A stretch of DNA of 64,000 bases, taken from contig OX597814.1 of assembly GCA_951406725.2 (NCBI GenBank), forward strand, positions 7,750,001 through 7,814,000, read 5' to 3'. The stretch is from Octopus vulgaris (lineage: Eukaryota). Numbering within the stretch: the first letter of the stretch is position 1; every line of letters starts with the position of its first letter. This document shows positions 39,471 to 55,723 of this stretch, one piece after another. The notes beneath the pieces were generated by a model. The model did not search any database. It saw nothing but the letters and a program-made list of their open reading frames with translations, and was not told the origin of the DNA. Made by a program: the position numbers and the translations under genes.

Positions 39471-39762
39471 GCAATGTTTCGTTTGTAGTAGCACATGTTT
39501 CCGTCGATTTCCTCCGTCGATTGTCGATTTCCGTAAAAAACTTTTATTTTTTTACATATGGCTTTGCGGGAATATTTGAAGTAATGAGAGCGAAAGAGAC
39601 TAAGAGGAAGCGATTTTATGACGAGGGAATTTCTTTTTGAAGTCCCCGTGTGTGTGTTTGATGGGGTGTGGGAGACAGACAGTATGTTGTGTAAGTGAAG
39701 TGCTTCTGTTAGTGTGTGCGAAGAGACAGAGAGAGTAATGTGTGAAAGAGAGAGATAACTGA

Positions 39763-40358
39763 AATTTTTTACTCGGTGTATGTGTATATGTATGTGTGTG
39801 TGTGTGTGTGTATGTATCTATGTATGTGTGTATGTGTGTATGTATGTGTGTGTGTATGTATGTATGTATGGCCGATTCAGTGTAATTTTTTACTCGGTGT
39901 ATGTGTATATGTATGTCTGAATGTATGTATGTATGTGTGTATGTATGTGTGTATGTATCTATGTATGTGTGTGTGTGTAAGTATGTGTGTATCTATGTAT
40001 GGCCGATTCAGTGTAATTTTTTACTCGGTTTATGTGTATATGTATGTCTGCATGTATGTGTGTGTGTATGTATGTGTGTGTGTATGTGTGTATGTATGTA
40101 TGTATGTATGGCCGATTCAGTGTAATTTTTTACTCGGTGTATGTGTATATGTATGTCTGCATGTATGTGTGTGTGTGTATGTATGTGTGTGTGTGTAAGT
40201 ATGTGTGTGTGTGTGTATGTATGTATGTATGGCCGATTCAGTGTAATTTTTTACTCGGTGTATGTGTATATGTATGTCTGCATGTATGTGTGTGTGTGTA
40301 TGTATATATATGTATGTGTGTGTAAGTATGTGTGTGTGTATGTATGTATGTATGGCCG
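39763..40358 (+). repeat. Left-TIR tandem array: constant core GGCCGATTCAGTGTAATTTTTTACTCGGT separated by variable TG/TATG spacers
   Basis: Full cores near 39870, 40001, 40110 and 40231, plus partial cores at each end; period ~110-130 bp. Confidence 0.9.
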
Positions 40359-41636
40359 AAAGAGGGTGGGACATTGATATTGTAGCAGTCCTTTGATGAC
40401 GATTCCTTACTAAGTCATGAAATGGCTTGTTCTGTTGATAACAAGTGATGTGCTTGCTTATATTAAGACCCAGAAGGATAGATATATCATTGAGAACAAT
40501 AAATTTAGTTGATTTAGCTTATGGTGTACTAGAAGAGGTTAGAAAGGGTCAAGTGGTGAAGGGATTATTTCGGCCTTGCTAAAGGCATCTGGAAAATGTA
40601 AAACTGCTGCCAGAGAATAACGATTCGCGACACATTAAACACAAAAAAAGTTAAAACAATATTCATCGAACTTTCGCCTATTTTTTTTTTCTTTTACTTG
40701 TTTTAGTCATTAGACGGCGTCCATACTGGAGTGCTTATTTTTTAAAGTCTGGTACTCGTTCTATCGGACTTCTTTTGCCGAACTGCTAAGTTATTTATTT
40801 TTTAAATGGCATCATTTAAATAAAAGAACAGTGGTGTGGGCTAACTCGGTGGAGCGTTCGACAAAAAGCCACGCGCTATTTTAGCTGTGTGTCCGAGGGA
40901 ATTTCGAGTTGAGAATTTTTAGGGATATGTTTCCTTGCTTCAGTCAATAGATTGCGGTCAAGCTGGGGCACTGCCTTGTTGAAAAAATAGTCTTTCTTCT
41001 TCCAAACGTAATTACAAGTGTTCCAGAATATGGAATAATTCCTTAAAATAACGAAAGATAACGAAAAAAAAAATTCATTTTAATTGTGGCAGTTATTCCG
41101 AAGGAGCGATGGAGGAAGGGGGCAAGTTTGTAAAAACATGAATTTTTGAAAATTTTTTGTTACAGTGCAAATTACAGTGCAAATTAATCGCCATATGGGT
41201 GATCCTTCGGTATTGATCTGCATGAATGTCAGTCATTTACTCTCTTTATCAGCTTAGTCCCTTTCTCTGTCATTATTGAAAATTGCGTGGTGAATGTCTA
41301 CCAATACCGAAAGATTGCTTTACAGGTGTTTTAGATTGTCTTACATGTGTTTTCTTGTAAAAATGACAGCAAAAAAAATAGCGAGAAAAATTGAAGAAAT
41401 TCCATTTTGTGTGAGACAGTTATTCGGAACGAAATTCTATCGTTTTGAGTTCAAATCCCACCACGGTCGAATTTGCTGTTCGTCATTTCGGGGCTCGATA
41501 AGATAGAGTACCAATCAAGTACTGGGGTAATCGATTGCTGCTCTTCTCAGGAGCCATAAACAAATACACGTTGTCAGTTCACGTAAACGGTACCAGAACC
41601 GTAACATCGCCTACTTTTCTAGTGCATAGTTTTCTA

Positions 41637-41681
<45 letters not shown>

Positions 41682-41684
<3 letters not shown>

Positions 41685-44509
41685 ATTGATTGATTGATTG
41701 ATTCTAGTTTCAGCTCATGAGCTGTGGCCATGCTGGAGCACCGCCATTTGGTGTTGCTACATGGTTTTACTTCACGAATGCTTTTTAGCAACTGCCATTT
41801 GGTGCATGAGAGAGTTCGATGCAGCTGCCCTCATCTGCACCTCCTGCCGTGAAGTTGGTTCATCTGGGATACCTGACAGGAAGAGATCCAGTTTCATTTT
41901 AAAGACATCTGCATCCACCCCTTGCAGGTCTCTTAGGTTCTTCGGGAGGATATTGAAGAGCTGTGGGCCTCGGAAGCCCAGGCTATCACAGTATCTTGTC
42001 CTACATCTTGATGGCAAATTTGGAGTCCTAGGCACCACGCAGTGGCGCCCAGTTCTGGCATTTGTGTAACTCTCGATGCCAAAGTTTGGGACAAGTCCCT
42101 CCAGGATCTTCCAGATGTATATTATGGCATATCTTTCTCGCCTACACTCCAAGGAATAGAGTTTTAATCTCTTGAGTCTTTCCCAGTAGCTTATATTCTG
42201 CACAGAGGCTATCTTCTTCGTGTAGCTACGTTGGATCGCCTCAAGTTCTGTGATCAACTTGACACTGGATGGTGACCATAGCTGAGAGCAATAGTCAAAG
42301 TGGCTTAGGACAAGTGTCCTCCAGAGGACCATCATGGTTTCTTGTTCTCTTGTTCTAAAGGTTCTGAGAATCCATCCGGCTAGTCGTCTACATTTCATTG
42401 CCAATTTAGCAACATGTACACGAAAGGTTGCGTCATCACTCATGTAAATACCCAGGTCACGCACTGATTGTGCCTCTGGGATTGCAATTCCTCCGGGTCC
42501 AGTGTATTCATTGGGTATTGCATTTAGTTTTGCATGCTGATAGTATAAAGCTTGAAACTTTTCAGCATTGAACTGCATGCTATTCTTTTCAGCCCACTTG
42601 TATATTTTGTCCAGCTCACATTGCAGGCGTTTAGTGTCCTCAGGGTTCTGTATTGCCTGTGAAACTTTTGTATCATCTGCATAACTTGTGATCGTGGCTC
42701 TCTGCGTGGCTGAGGGCATGTCTGAGAGGGCCATTATGAACAGTAGTGGTCCCAAAACAGTGCCCTGTGGAACACCGCTCACTATTTGCGTGTTAATGGA
42801 AGTGGCCCCATTGGCTACTACCACCTGACTTCTATCTTTCAGAAAGTCATGAAGCCATTCTCCCAGTTTTGCAACTATGTTGAGATCATGCAGTTTGTGA
42901 CATATCATTCCATGATCGACTTTATCAAAGGCCTTTGCAAAGTCGAGATATATGACTTCCACACTTGAGTGGTTGAGCAGTCGTTTCAGCACCCAGTCAT
43001 AGTGTTGTAGGAGCTGAGTCAAGCAGCTTCTCCCTGGTCGGAAACCATGTTGGGTGTCAGGCAGCAAGTCATTTTCTTCAAGGAAGGTGATCAGTTTCCT
43101 TCTGACTATTCGTTCCATGACCTTGCTGATGTGTGAGGTCAGAGAGATAGGTCTGTAGTTCTTGGCCTCCGCTCTGCTACCTCCTTTATGAATAGGGCAT
43201 ATTTTACCTTCCTTCAGTTTTCTTGGAAGTTTGCCAGCTGCAAGGAAGCTCTGAAAGAGGAACTGCAGTGGTCTTGCTAGGACTCTCTTACATACTTTTA
43301 GGAGGATTGCCGGGAATCCATCGGGGCCAGTAGCTGAGTCTGTTTTCATTTCATCTATAGCCTTTATTACATCGTCTTCCTTTATATCGATGTAATTTAT
43401 CGTCGCCGCCTCTGATTTTATATCTGCAGTGGTAAAGAAGTCAGTTGGATTGGTGATTTGGAAATGCCCAAGGGGTGGAGTGAAAACACTCTTGAATTGC
43501 TCATTCAGTATTTCACTTACCCTCATTGGTTTTCCTGTGAGTGTGCCATCCTTTTCAAGGAGTGGCCCTATCCTACAGTGCACCGTAGCTGTTTCTTTGG
43601 CATACCTGTAGAAAGCTCTGGGGTTAGATTTTATGTTGTCTATAGCCCAGGCTTCTTTGTCTGCTCTTTCCTTTTCATGGGAGAGTTGCAGACATTTTTC
43701 AATTTCCAACAGTTTTATTTTCAGGCGGGACTTTTCACTGCTTTCAATTTGTTTGTTTAGGCGATTTGAAATTTTTGTACGCCGTCTCATTAAAATTTTC
43801 CTCTCTCTGGGGATTTTGTTCTTGTGTACAGTGGCCTTTCTCTCTGGGACACATTTGTAGCATATGACTTGCATTACAGACATGAATTGTTGAAGTTTCA
43901 CGTCGATGTCTGGCGAGGAGAGACATTCAGGCCAGTTTTGTTTGAGGATCTCTTTCTCAATTTGTTTCCAGTTTGCCTTATGGAAGTTCAAGCTGGAAAG
44001 ATTCTGAGGGTTTCTTGTAGGCTGCATGTCCATGCTTTCCTTTGGCCCGTACATGGTCAGCTCTACCATGTTGTGATCCGAGAGTAGTGTCGGTGTCACT
44101 TTCACATTATGGATGAGATCCATATTATTTGTGAAGCAGAGATACAGTGTGTTACCTGCCCTGGTTGGTTGGAGTATTACTTGCTCCATGTACAGGGTGT
44201 TGATGAGGTTCAGGAGGGACCTCGCCTGTCCTCGTTCACATCTTGTCATTCCTGGGAGAGAAAGGCCCTCGGGCCATCTGACATTGGGTAGATTGAAGTC
44301 TCCCATAAGAAGTACACTTATGTGTTGTTCTAATGTGATTAGAACTTCTTCTATTTTTATAAGGCAGTCTTCAAACTTGCCTACATGGCTTGGGGCATCT
44401 GGAGGACGATATGTAGCACACACAACTACATCAAGTTGCCTTATATGTACAATTAGTGTGTCACACACCGAGTTTGAGTATGACAAAAGGACCTGGGGTG
44501 TGAGGTCCT
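41682..44509 (-). mobile_element. 5'-truncated CR1/L2-group LINE with uninterrupted ORF2, short 3'UTR and (AATC)n tail
   Basis: ORF stop at 41772, tail at 41682-41702, (TA)n tracts on both sides. Confidence 0.92.
41772..44509 (-). CDS. LINE ORF2 (partial APE endonuclease plus reverse transcriptase), ~910 codons, no native start
   Basis: TYRPP, MGDFNLP, SDHNMV (APE); [49 protein letters not shown] (RT). The first ~55 aa of the 966-aa track ORF are microsatellite. Confidence 0.92.
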
Positions 44510-44539
44510 TATATATATATATATATATATCACACACAC

Positions 44540-44606
<67 letters not shown>

Positions 44607-44686
44607 AGTGGGGTACCCATCCACACACACACAAATATACACATGCACACACACATATATACACACACACATTCATACATACATAC

Positions 44687-44739
<53 letters not shown>

Positions 44740-44809
44740 AAGTGGGGTACCCATCCACACACACAAATATACACATGCACCACACACACATACACACATA
44801 CATACATAC

Positions 44810-44923
<114 letters not shown>

Positions 44924-45178
44924 TGCGGTTTAACTGGGACCCATCATTTTTCGGTCCTTAAGCGAAAGAAAATTATTAAAAAATTTTAATCGAGGTAGAG
45001 GATTGGAAGAATCGATGGAATGTCGGACAAAATACCTGCACTAATTAAGTGCAGCCTTTTTACGTTCTCGTCAAAATCGCTGACCGCGGTCAGCTTTCGT
45101 TTTCATCATCCTTCTGATGTCGATAAAATAGAGTAGGAGCCAAATACTTGAGTGATTATCCGAATTACAATAAATATG

Positions 45179-45630
45179 TATACTGATTGTGAAGGCACGA
45201 ATTCAAGTAGTTTGGGTGTTGTGGGGTTCGAATCCTAGACAGGCAGTCCGTTGTGTTTTTGAGCAAAAGGCTTCGTTTCACGTTACTACAGCAATGTGAG
45301 GAAGCGCATTGTGACCAGCGATATGTAGCAACATCCGACAGTCTAGTCGGTACAGTGATTTGTGTTGTTTTGAGACGAAGGGACAGTTCCAAAATGCCAA
45401 ATTCCTCTTCTCCCCACGGCACACGAACTCATCCAAACTTAAGAATCAACACAAATCACTGTACCGACTAGACTGTCGGATGTTGCTACATATCGCTGGT
45501 CACAATGCGCTTCCTCGCATTGTTGTAGTAACGTGAAACGAAGCCTTTTGCTCAAAAACACAACCGACTGCCTGTCTAGGATTCGAACCCCACAACACCC
45601 AAACTACTTGAATTCGTGCCTTCACAATCA

Positions 45631-45635
<5 letters not shown>
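45179..45635. repeat. Hairpin of two inverted SINE-like copies (arms 45179-45367 and 45447-45635)
   Basis: Arms differ at only a few positions and contain a B-box (GGTTCGAATCC); 79-nt loop. Confidence 0.9.
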
Positions 45636-45671
<36 letters not shown>

Positions 45672-45684
45672 TTAAACCCCACTT

Positions 45685-45735
<51 letters not shown>

Positions 45736-45748
45736 TTAAACCCCACTT

Positions 45749-45861
<113 letters not shown>

Positions 45862-46666
45862 TATAATGTATGTATGTATGTGTGTGTGTGTATGTATGTG
45901 TGTGTGTGCATGTGTATATTTGTGTGTGTATGTATGTGTGTGTGTGTATGTATGTGTGTGTGCATGTGTATATTTGTGTGTGTATGCATGGGGTACCCCA
46001 CTTATATATATGTATGTGTGTATGTATGTGTGTATGTGTGTGTGTGTGTATGTATGTGTGTGTGTGCATGTGTATATTTGTGTGTGTGTGGATGGGTACC
46101 CCACTAATATATATGTATATATATATTTATTAAATTGAAGGAAGGTATGTGTGTGTGAGATATATAAGCACTCCAGTATGGACGCCGTCTAATGACTAAA
46201 ACAAGTAAAAGAAAAAAAAATAGGCGAAAGTTCGATGAATATTGTTTTAACTTTTTTTGTGTTTAATGTGTCGCGAATCGTTATTCTCTGGCAGCAGTTT
46301 TACATTTTCCAGATGCCTTTAGCTAGGCCGAAATAATCCCTTCACCACTTGACCCTTTCTAACCTCTTCTAGTACACCATAAGCTAAATCAACTAAATTT
46401 ATTGTTCTCAATATCTATCCTTCTGGGTCTTAATATAAGCAAGCACATCACTTGTTATCAACAGAACAAGCCATTTCATGACTTAGTAAGGAATCACCAT
46501 CAAAGGACTGCTACAATATCAATGTCCCACACTGTTTGTCACCTTAATACCTTCAACGCACCTCAGTAACAACTTTGTGTCTTTCTCCACGATTGAACGA
46601 ACAGACTTTTGGAACGTAATATCTTTATTTTATTTTATTTTTGTTTTGCACACTAACACACTCACA

Positions 46667-46719
<53 letters not shown>

Positions 46720-46825
46720 AGACACACAAGCATACATACACACACACATATCTGGCAACAGACTCTCCTGTACATTTTCTTAATTACTATTAATTACATC
46801 ATATACTCTTCCATAAGATCCCACT

Positions 46826-47743
46826 ATGGCTGGACGATATAGGATTGTTGACTCTGTCCTTTCCGTTGATGAGATAACTCAAAGATCTCACCATCTGCGA
46901 GACATTTATGCCATGCGTTACGCGGATTCAACAATTCAATTCCTGGCATCTGTGGGATTGATCCACAATTCATCGGAATGTTGTAATGAACGGATGTACC
47001 TTGCATCACGCAATACAGTATCCGATGGGAAAATGTGGAGGTGTACTGTTTGCAAGCAATATCGTAGCATTAGGCGAGACTCGTTTTTCGCGGGTTCACA
47101 CCTACCATTGACTTGTATCCTCGAGTTGATGTATTACTGGGTGATAATTGACTATAAACAGAAAGTTGTGATGGGCGAAGTTGAAATTGGATCAGAGGCA
47201 ATTGTCAACTGGTACAATTACTTCCGCGATGTTTGTGCCATGTGGTGTTTTGACCACCCTGTGCAACTTGGAGGAGAAGATGTTGTTGTAGAGATCGATA
47301 AATCCAAGTTCATGCACAGAAAATATCATCGTAGTACTTATCGAGAAGGCCATTGGGTTTTAGGCATGATTGAGCGCAGTAGTCTGAGATGTGTCTTAGT
47401 TCCTGTGCAGGACAGAAGTGCAGCAACATTGTTGCCCATTATTACCCGCCATGTATTGCCAGGAACTAAGATTATCACAGATTCATGGCGAGCGTATAAC
47501 AGCCTACCCAACCATATGACTTTGAACCACAGTGTGAGCTTTGCCGACCCCAATGATGCCTCAATCCACACAAACACCGTGGAAGGGATGTGGAGTCATG
47601 TAAAATCCAATTATCGGAAAATGCATGGAACGTCCGATAATTTGTTTTCGACATATCTGCATGAATTTTGTTGGCGACGTTACAGCAGCAGTAATACTTT
47701 TATGAGCTTCATAAAATGTATTAGACAGTATTATCCTGTATGA
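46826..47743 (+). CDS. Merlin / ISXO2-like DDE transposase, 305 aa
   Basis: N-terminal Cys cluster (CC...WRCTVC), SIRRDSFF, VVEID, WVLGMIER, PGTKIITDSWRAY, NHS, HTNTVEGMWS, YLHEFCWRR; frame uninterrupted. Confidence 0.95.
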   Translation: MAGRYRIVDSVLSVDEITQRSHHLRDIYAMRYADSTIQFLASVGLIHNSSECCNERMYLASRNTVSDGKMWRCTVCKQYRSIRRDSFFAGSHLPLTCILELMYYWVIIDYKQKVVMGEVEIGSEAIVNWYNYFRDVCAMWCFDHPVQLGGEDVVVEIDKSKFMHRKYHRSTYREGHWVLGMIERSSLRCVLVPVQDRSAATLLPIITRHVLPGTKIITDSWRAYNSLPNHMTLNHSVSFADPNDASIHTNTVEGMWSHVKSNYRKMHGTSDNLFSTYLHEFCWRRYSSSNTFMSFIKCIRQYYPV

Positions 47744-49342
47744 TTTCAAAAATGTTTTATGAAGTTCATAAAATGTGTTCTGTTGTTTAATTTAGCATCA
47801 AATTCATGGGAATCTGTATAATTTTATATTTATTATTAATTTCTTCTTTTTGTATCTTAGTAATTTGCATTCCTTTCTTTTCTCCATGCGCCTTTCGGAT
47901 CTTGTAACTTTTATGATTTTCGGAATTCTAAAATACCTTTACAAAATTGTCTTCTATTCACGGAAATAACCCGTGCAAGCAAAATTTGGTCTAATGTTTA
48001 ATTTTTTATTTGTCTATTTTTTTGTAATGGCTTCTTAATTTGGTATTCATTACATCAAGAGTCTGAACCAAATTCTTAAAAAAAAATCAAACATGAAAAA
48101 ATTTGCTACCACGCACAGTTGATATTTCCAGTTTCTTCTCTGAAATTTGCTTCCACAATTCATTTTACAGAAATAAGAGAAATGGTTAGAACGAGCTGTA
48201 GCTACTTATACATATGTAGTGCTTTGAGTTAATTTCATCACATGGCTTTGCTAAGTCAATTGATGTGTTTTCCGTTTGACTTAAAACTTTTCGGCGTCTA
48301 CACACAGACACCACACGAAAACAATAGGTGTCACAGTGATGTACCTCTTTTTCTACAGTCGGCCGAAATGAAGAAGTGACAATGCCACCTTCACATTCTC
48401 TATTGTCAGCATCGAGCATCGGCAGAGAGACGTTATTAGAATACATCAACCACAACGATACAAAGATACAACTGGTTACCCACAACGTGATTCGAACACA
48501 ACAACCCTGCCACAATTGCTGACTCCCGAGCCACAGAACTGCAGTCTTCGTTACCTTATCCATTACATTTGGTGAGCTCGACTTCAAAGACTTACTGCTT
48601 TAGCATCGCATGAACTCTTGAAAACAATTACAGTCCGTGCCAGTCGCATCAACAAGAATTATAGGACACGAACTTTCACGACGCATAGTTTTCAGTTCCA
48701 TCGTCACATGCCCAACACAACACGAAAGGAATGAAGTCACCGACTCAATGGACACACACCAATTACATTCCACATGTACTGCAACTCGATGCACAGATCC
48801 ACGAGGGAAACAGTTGCCATACATAAATGCAACACTTAGGACAGCTACCCAACCAAGAGAACTAACCTTTTCTCACTTTTCAGCATAGACTTTTCACACA
48901 GGACATTACCAATCGGATTTTGTCACTTTTCGTTACACATTTTGTACTGTTCGTTCCTTTTGCTGCACAACACAATGTTTATACATGCATATATATATGC
49001 ATGCTTGCACTCAGTTTCTGTGCACCTCTATAGACTATTAACTTTTTTTTTCCTTTGAATGCAACTCTTTTCTCATGAGAAGAATATCTCCTCCTCATTT
49101 TATAACTCTCCCATCTTTTTCTTACCATTTCACCATCGTCACATCAACAGAGACATTAAGGCTGCACAGTAGCAGTCGACAAGGCATGTATAACGATTAA
49201 ATAAAAAAAATTTTGACTATATCTTCGATCACTGTCATTATTCCATTGAGTCAACCTCATTATTTTCTACATAGCAGACCGTTACATAAACAGGCAAAGG
49301 TAATCTAAGGTAATCTTTTCGTTTTAACTCGAAATAATGTAA

Positions 49343-49941
49343 ACACTGAATCGGCCATACATACATACATACATACATACATACATACATACATACATAC
49401 ATACATACATACATACATACATACATACACACACACATACATGCAGACATACATATACACATACACCGAGTACATACATACATAGATACATACACACACA
49501 CACATACATGCAGACATACATATACACATACACCGAGTAAAAAATTACAATGAATCGGCCATACATACATACATACATACATACATACACACACATACAC
49601 ACACACATACATACACACACACATACATGCAGACATACATATACACATAAACCGAGTAAAAAATTACACTGAATCGGCCATACATACATACATATATACA
49701 TACATACATACATACATACATACATACATACATACATACACACATACATACTTACACACACATACATACACACACACACATACATATACACATACACCGA
49801 GTAAAAAATTACACTGAATCGGCCATACATACATACATAAACACACACATACATAGATACATACACACATACATACACACACACATAGATAGATACATAC
49901 ACACACACACATACATATACACATACACCGAGTAAAAAATT
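49343..49941 (-). repeat. Right-TIR tandem array (reverse complement of the left array)
   Basis: ACCGAGTAAAAAATTACACTGAATCGGCC near 49532 (one mismatch), 49651 and 49796, plus partial cores. Confidence 0.9.
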
Positions 49942-51182
49942 TCAGTTATCTCTCTCTTTCACACATTACTCTCTCTGTCTCTTCGCACACACTAACAGAA
50001 GCACTTCACTTACACACCATACTGTCTGTCTCCCACCCCCCATCAAACACACACACGGGGACTTCAAAAAGAAATTCCCTCGTCATAAAATCGCTTTCTC
50101 TTAGTCTCTTTCGCTCTCATTACTTCAAATATTCCCGCAAAGCCATATGTAAAAAAATAAAAGTTTTTTACGGAAATCGACGGAGGAAATCGACGGAAAC
50201 GTGTGCTACTACAAACATTGCCATATAGGCATATATATATATATACTCAACCAAGTCGGTTTTCTTTCTCTTTGGTCAGCGGGTGTTTACTGAAAGGGCC
50301 TCTAACTTTATGATTTCAACAACACAACCCTTACTCTTTCTACCTACCCTTATTCTATTAGCCTGTCCTTCTCTAGTAGTCACTCACAGATGAAGATAGC
50401 TACCATACACGATGGACCATAATGGCTAATGACCAGTGTCATATTATTATTGTTTTGTTTTTGTTGTTTCTGGCCCTTCAAAACCATGGGAGAAGCCTTT
50501 TCGGTAAAAATAAATAAAGAAAATATACAAAAAATATCGTTAATATTTTTATTGGGCGACGAAATTCATCGATTTAAGAGATATAGCTGTTATTTCTAGC
50601 ACATGCCTCCTCCCTCCGCCTTTGTTTATCAATATCGATGAGCGGACAGACAGAAGAGAGAAGGATGAATAACACGCGTGTGTGTGTGTGTGTGTGTGCC
50701 GAGTTTTTAGACGCAGCAAATGATTTGAGTTCAAATGCTGGCATTTCATTGGTTAAAATTCGAAGAATTAAACTACATAAAACTTACAAATTACAATTTT
50801 GTTTTCAATTTTGTTTACAATAATGTTTTCTTTTGACACATTCTACCAGTATACGAAGTTTCAAATTGTTTAGTTAACTAGGAAAATCTGGCCTTCAAAA
50901 AGGAAAAGATCCCCTGAGTCCCCTGACAGTTGTAATTGGTGAGTTCACACACACATACGCACATACATACAAATACACACATACACGCCATACATATATA
51001 ACATACATACACTCACACACATACATATATACATATGCATACACATACATAAACAGGCACATACACACATACAACCTTGGCCAAAAGTATTCGGCCAGCA
51101 ATGTTTTGGGGTTCGGCTATCTCAATGTTCATGAAACTCGTGCGCACACTAGACTATGGCATACACACACACACATACATAC

Positions 51183-51223
<41 letters not shown>

Positions 51224-51594
51224 CATAAATACACACATACATACATACATGCATAAATTCATACACGCATACATACACACATATATGCATACATACATAC
51301 ACGCACGCACACACATACATACATACATACATAAATACATACATACATACATAAATACATACATACATGCATACACACACACACATGCATACATACACGC
51401 ACGCACACACATACATACATACATACATACATACATTCATTCATTCATTCATACATACATACATACACACACACATACATACATACATACATACATACAT
51501 ACATACATACATAGACACACATACATACACACACATACATACATACACACACACATACATACATACATACACACATGCATACGAGCCATTGATG

Positions 51595-52035
51595 TGAAAA
51601 CCCGAAAAATACTAACAAGCACACATAATTTCCACATAAACAGTGACGTAGACTGCATCTATCTAAAATGAAGAAAAAAGACTGCAGAGGCTTAACATCA
51701 ATCCAAAATAGCTTTGAATGTTTCCCTTCGGCAGCATCTTTTAACCACCAAGTGTTCAAGTGCATCCCTTGACCGAGTCAGCATACATGAGGCTGACAAC
51801 ATCATAAGTCTTGGACGGCAACTCCTCGAGCAACACTCTTTCTAGAATACATGCCCAAAGAAGTTGCACCACTCTACCGCAACGTATCATCAGATGAAAG
51901 GATGAGCCTATATGAGTAGGGGACAATGCATGGATATGTTACTAAAAAGCTCCGTGATGATAGTGACATGGATCATCAAAGCAGTCTATCGCGGACCAAT
52001 AGCCGGATTACTACCTCCCACTTTGAAGGGTGTAA
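51595..52035 (+). mobile_element. Decayed R4/NeSL-like retrotransposon fragment
   Basis: IDVKTRKILT...FH.NSDVDCIYLK...RGLTSI and MHGYV...SHFEG motifs. Confidence 0.55.
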
Positions 52036-52441
52036 TGGAATGCAACACTGTGACATGATGACAGTTGTACGATTAAACAAATCAGATGTAAAACTTACGT
52101 TACAATTGATGTGAGTGTTGTAACAGTTCTGGAGCAAAAACGAAAGGTTTCTTGTTTCACGATTACAAGAGTTCATGGTAGCTGTGCCGTGTTTGCACGT
52201 GTGAAGATGGTGTGTGTGAGAGCATCCCAGTAGAGATAATGCAGACAGGAATTGTTTCTATAGGCTGGAGGGTGCTGTGCACAGCGGCTTGTGGCTACTT
52301 AATCACAGTAGTAGAAAACACAGCAGGTGAGTTGCTGTGTTGTTCATGATTTCCACAAGTTTATCATTTAAATAGATATGGGCATTTCTAAACATGCAAA
52401 TATATGCATGAGAATACATACAAATTCGCACACGCGCGCAC

Positions 52442-55300
<2,859 letters not shown>

Positions 55301-55462
55301 AAGAAGATCATGGTGATATATAACCAAGGAAGTTAGAAGCAGATGCACAAACACACATCACTAATTGCTCAGCTACCCATAGCAGAAACAACTGTAAGCC
55401 AATGAAGTTGATTTAGTAATTAGTATTCCTTTACTTTTACTTCTATTAATTCCTTATATTAA

Positions 55463-55517
<55 letters not shown>

Positions 55518-55649
55518 TTATATAAATAAGGATAACCTCGTTAATTTAAAATAAAATAACGATTTTATCAAGTGGCCACCATGGAAAAAATAACCTTCAA
55601 AGGTAATAATTATTAAAATTATAAATTAAGGTATCTCGTAGATACCTTA

Positions 55650-55723
<74 letters not shown>

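Noticed and set aside
39763-40358. CRISPR-like repeat-spacer array
   Set aside because: Spacers are 80-100-bp low-complexity microsatellite, there are no cas genes, the context is eukaryotic, and the array is mirrored as part of transposon TIRs.
44510-44672. N-terminal 55 aa of the 966-aa ORF as a real start
   Set aside because: This is microsatellite read-through; LINE homology begins abruptly inside the endonuclease domain.
45215-45240. tRNA gene (also SINE heads at 8850, 15600 and 33315)
   Set aside because: Only A/B-box remnants are present, with no cloverleaf, and they continue into SINE bodies.
46826-47743. Bacterial IS1595 contamination or recent horizontal transfer
   Set aside because: The ORF is embedded in host microsatellites and SINEs, and the motifs fit eukaryotic Merlin transposases. 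A phylogeny would be needed to claim transfer.
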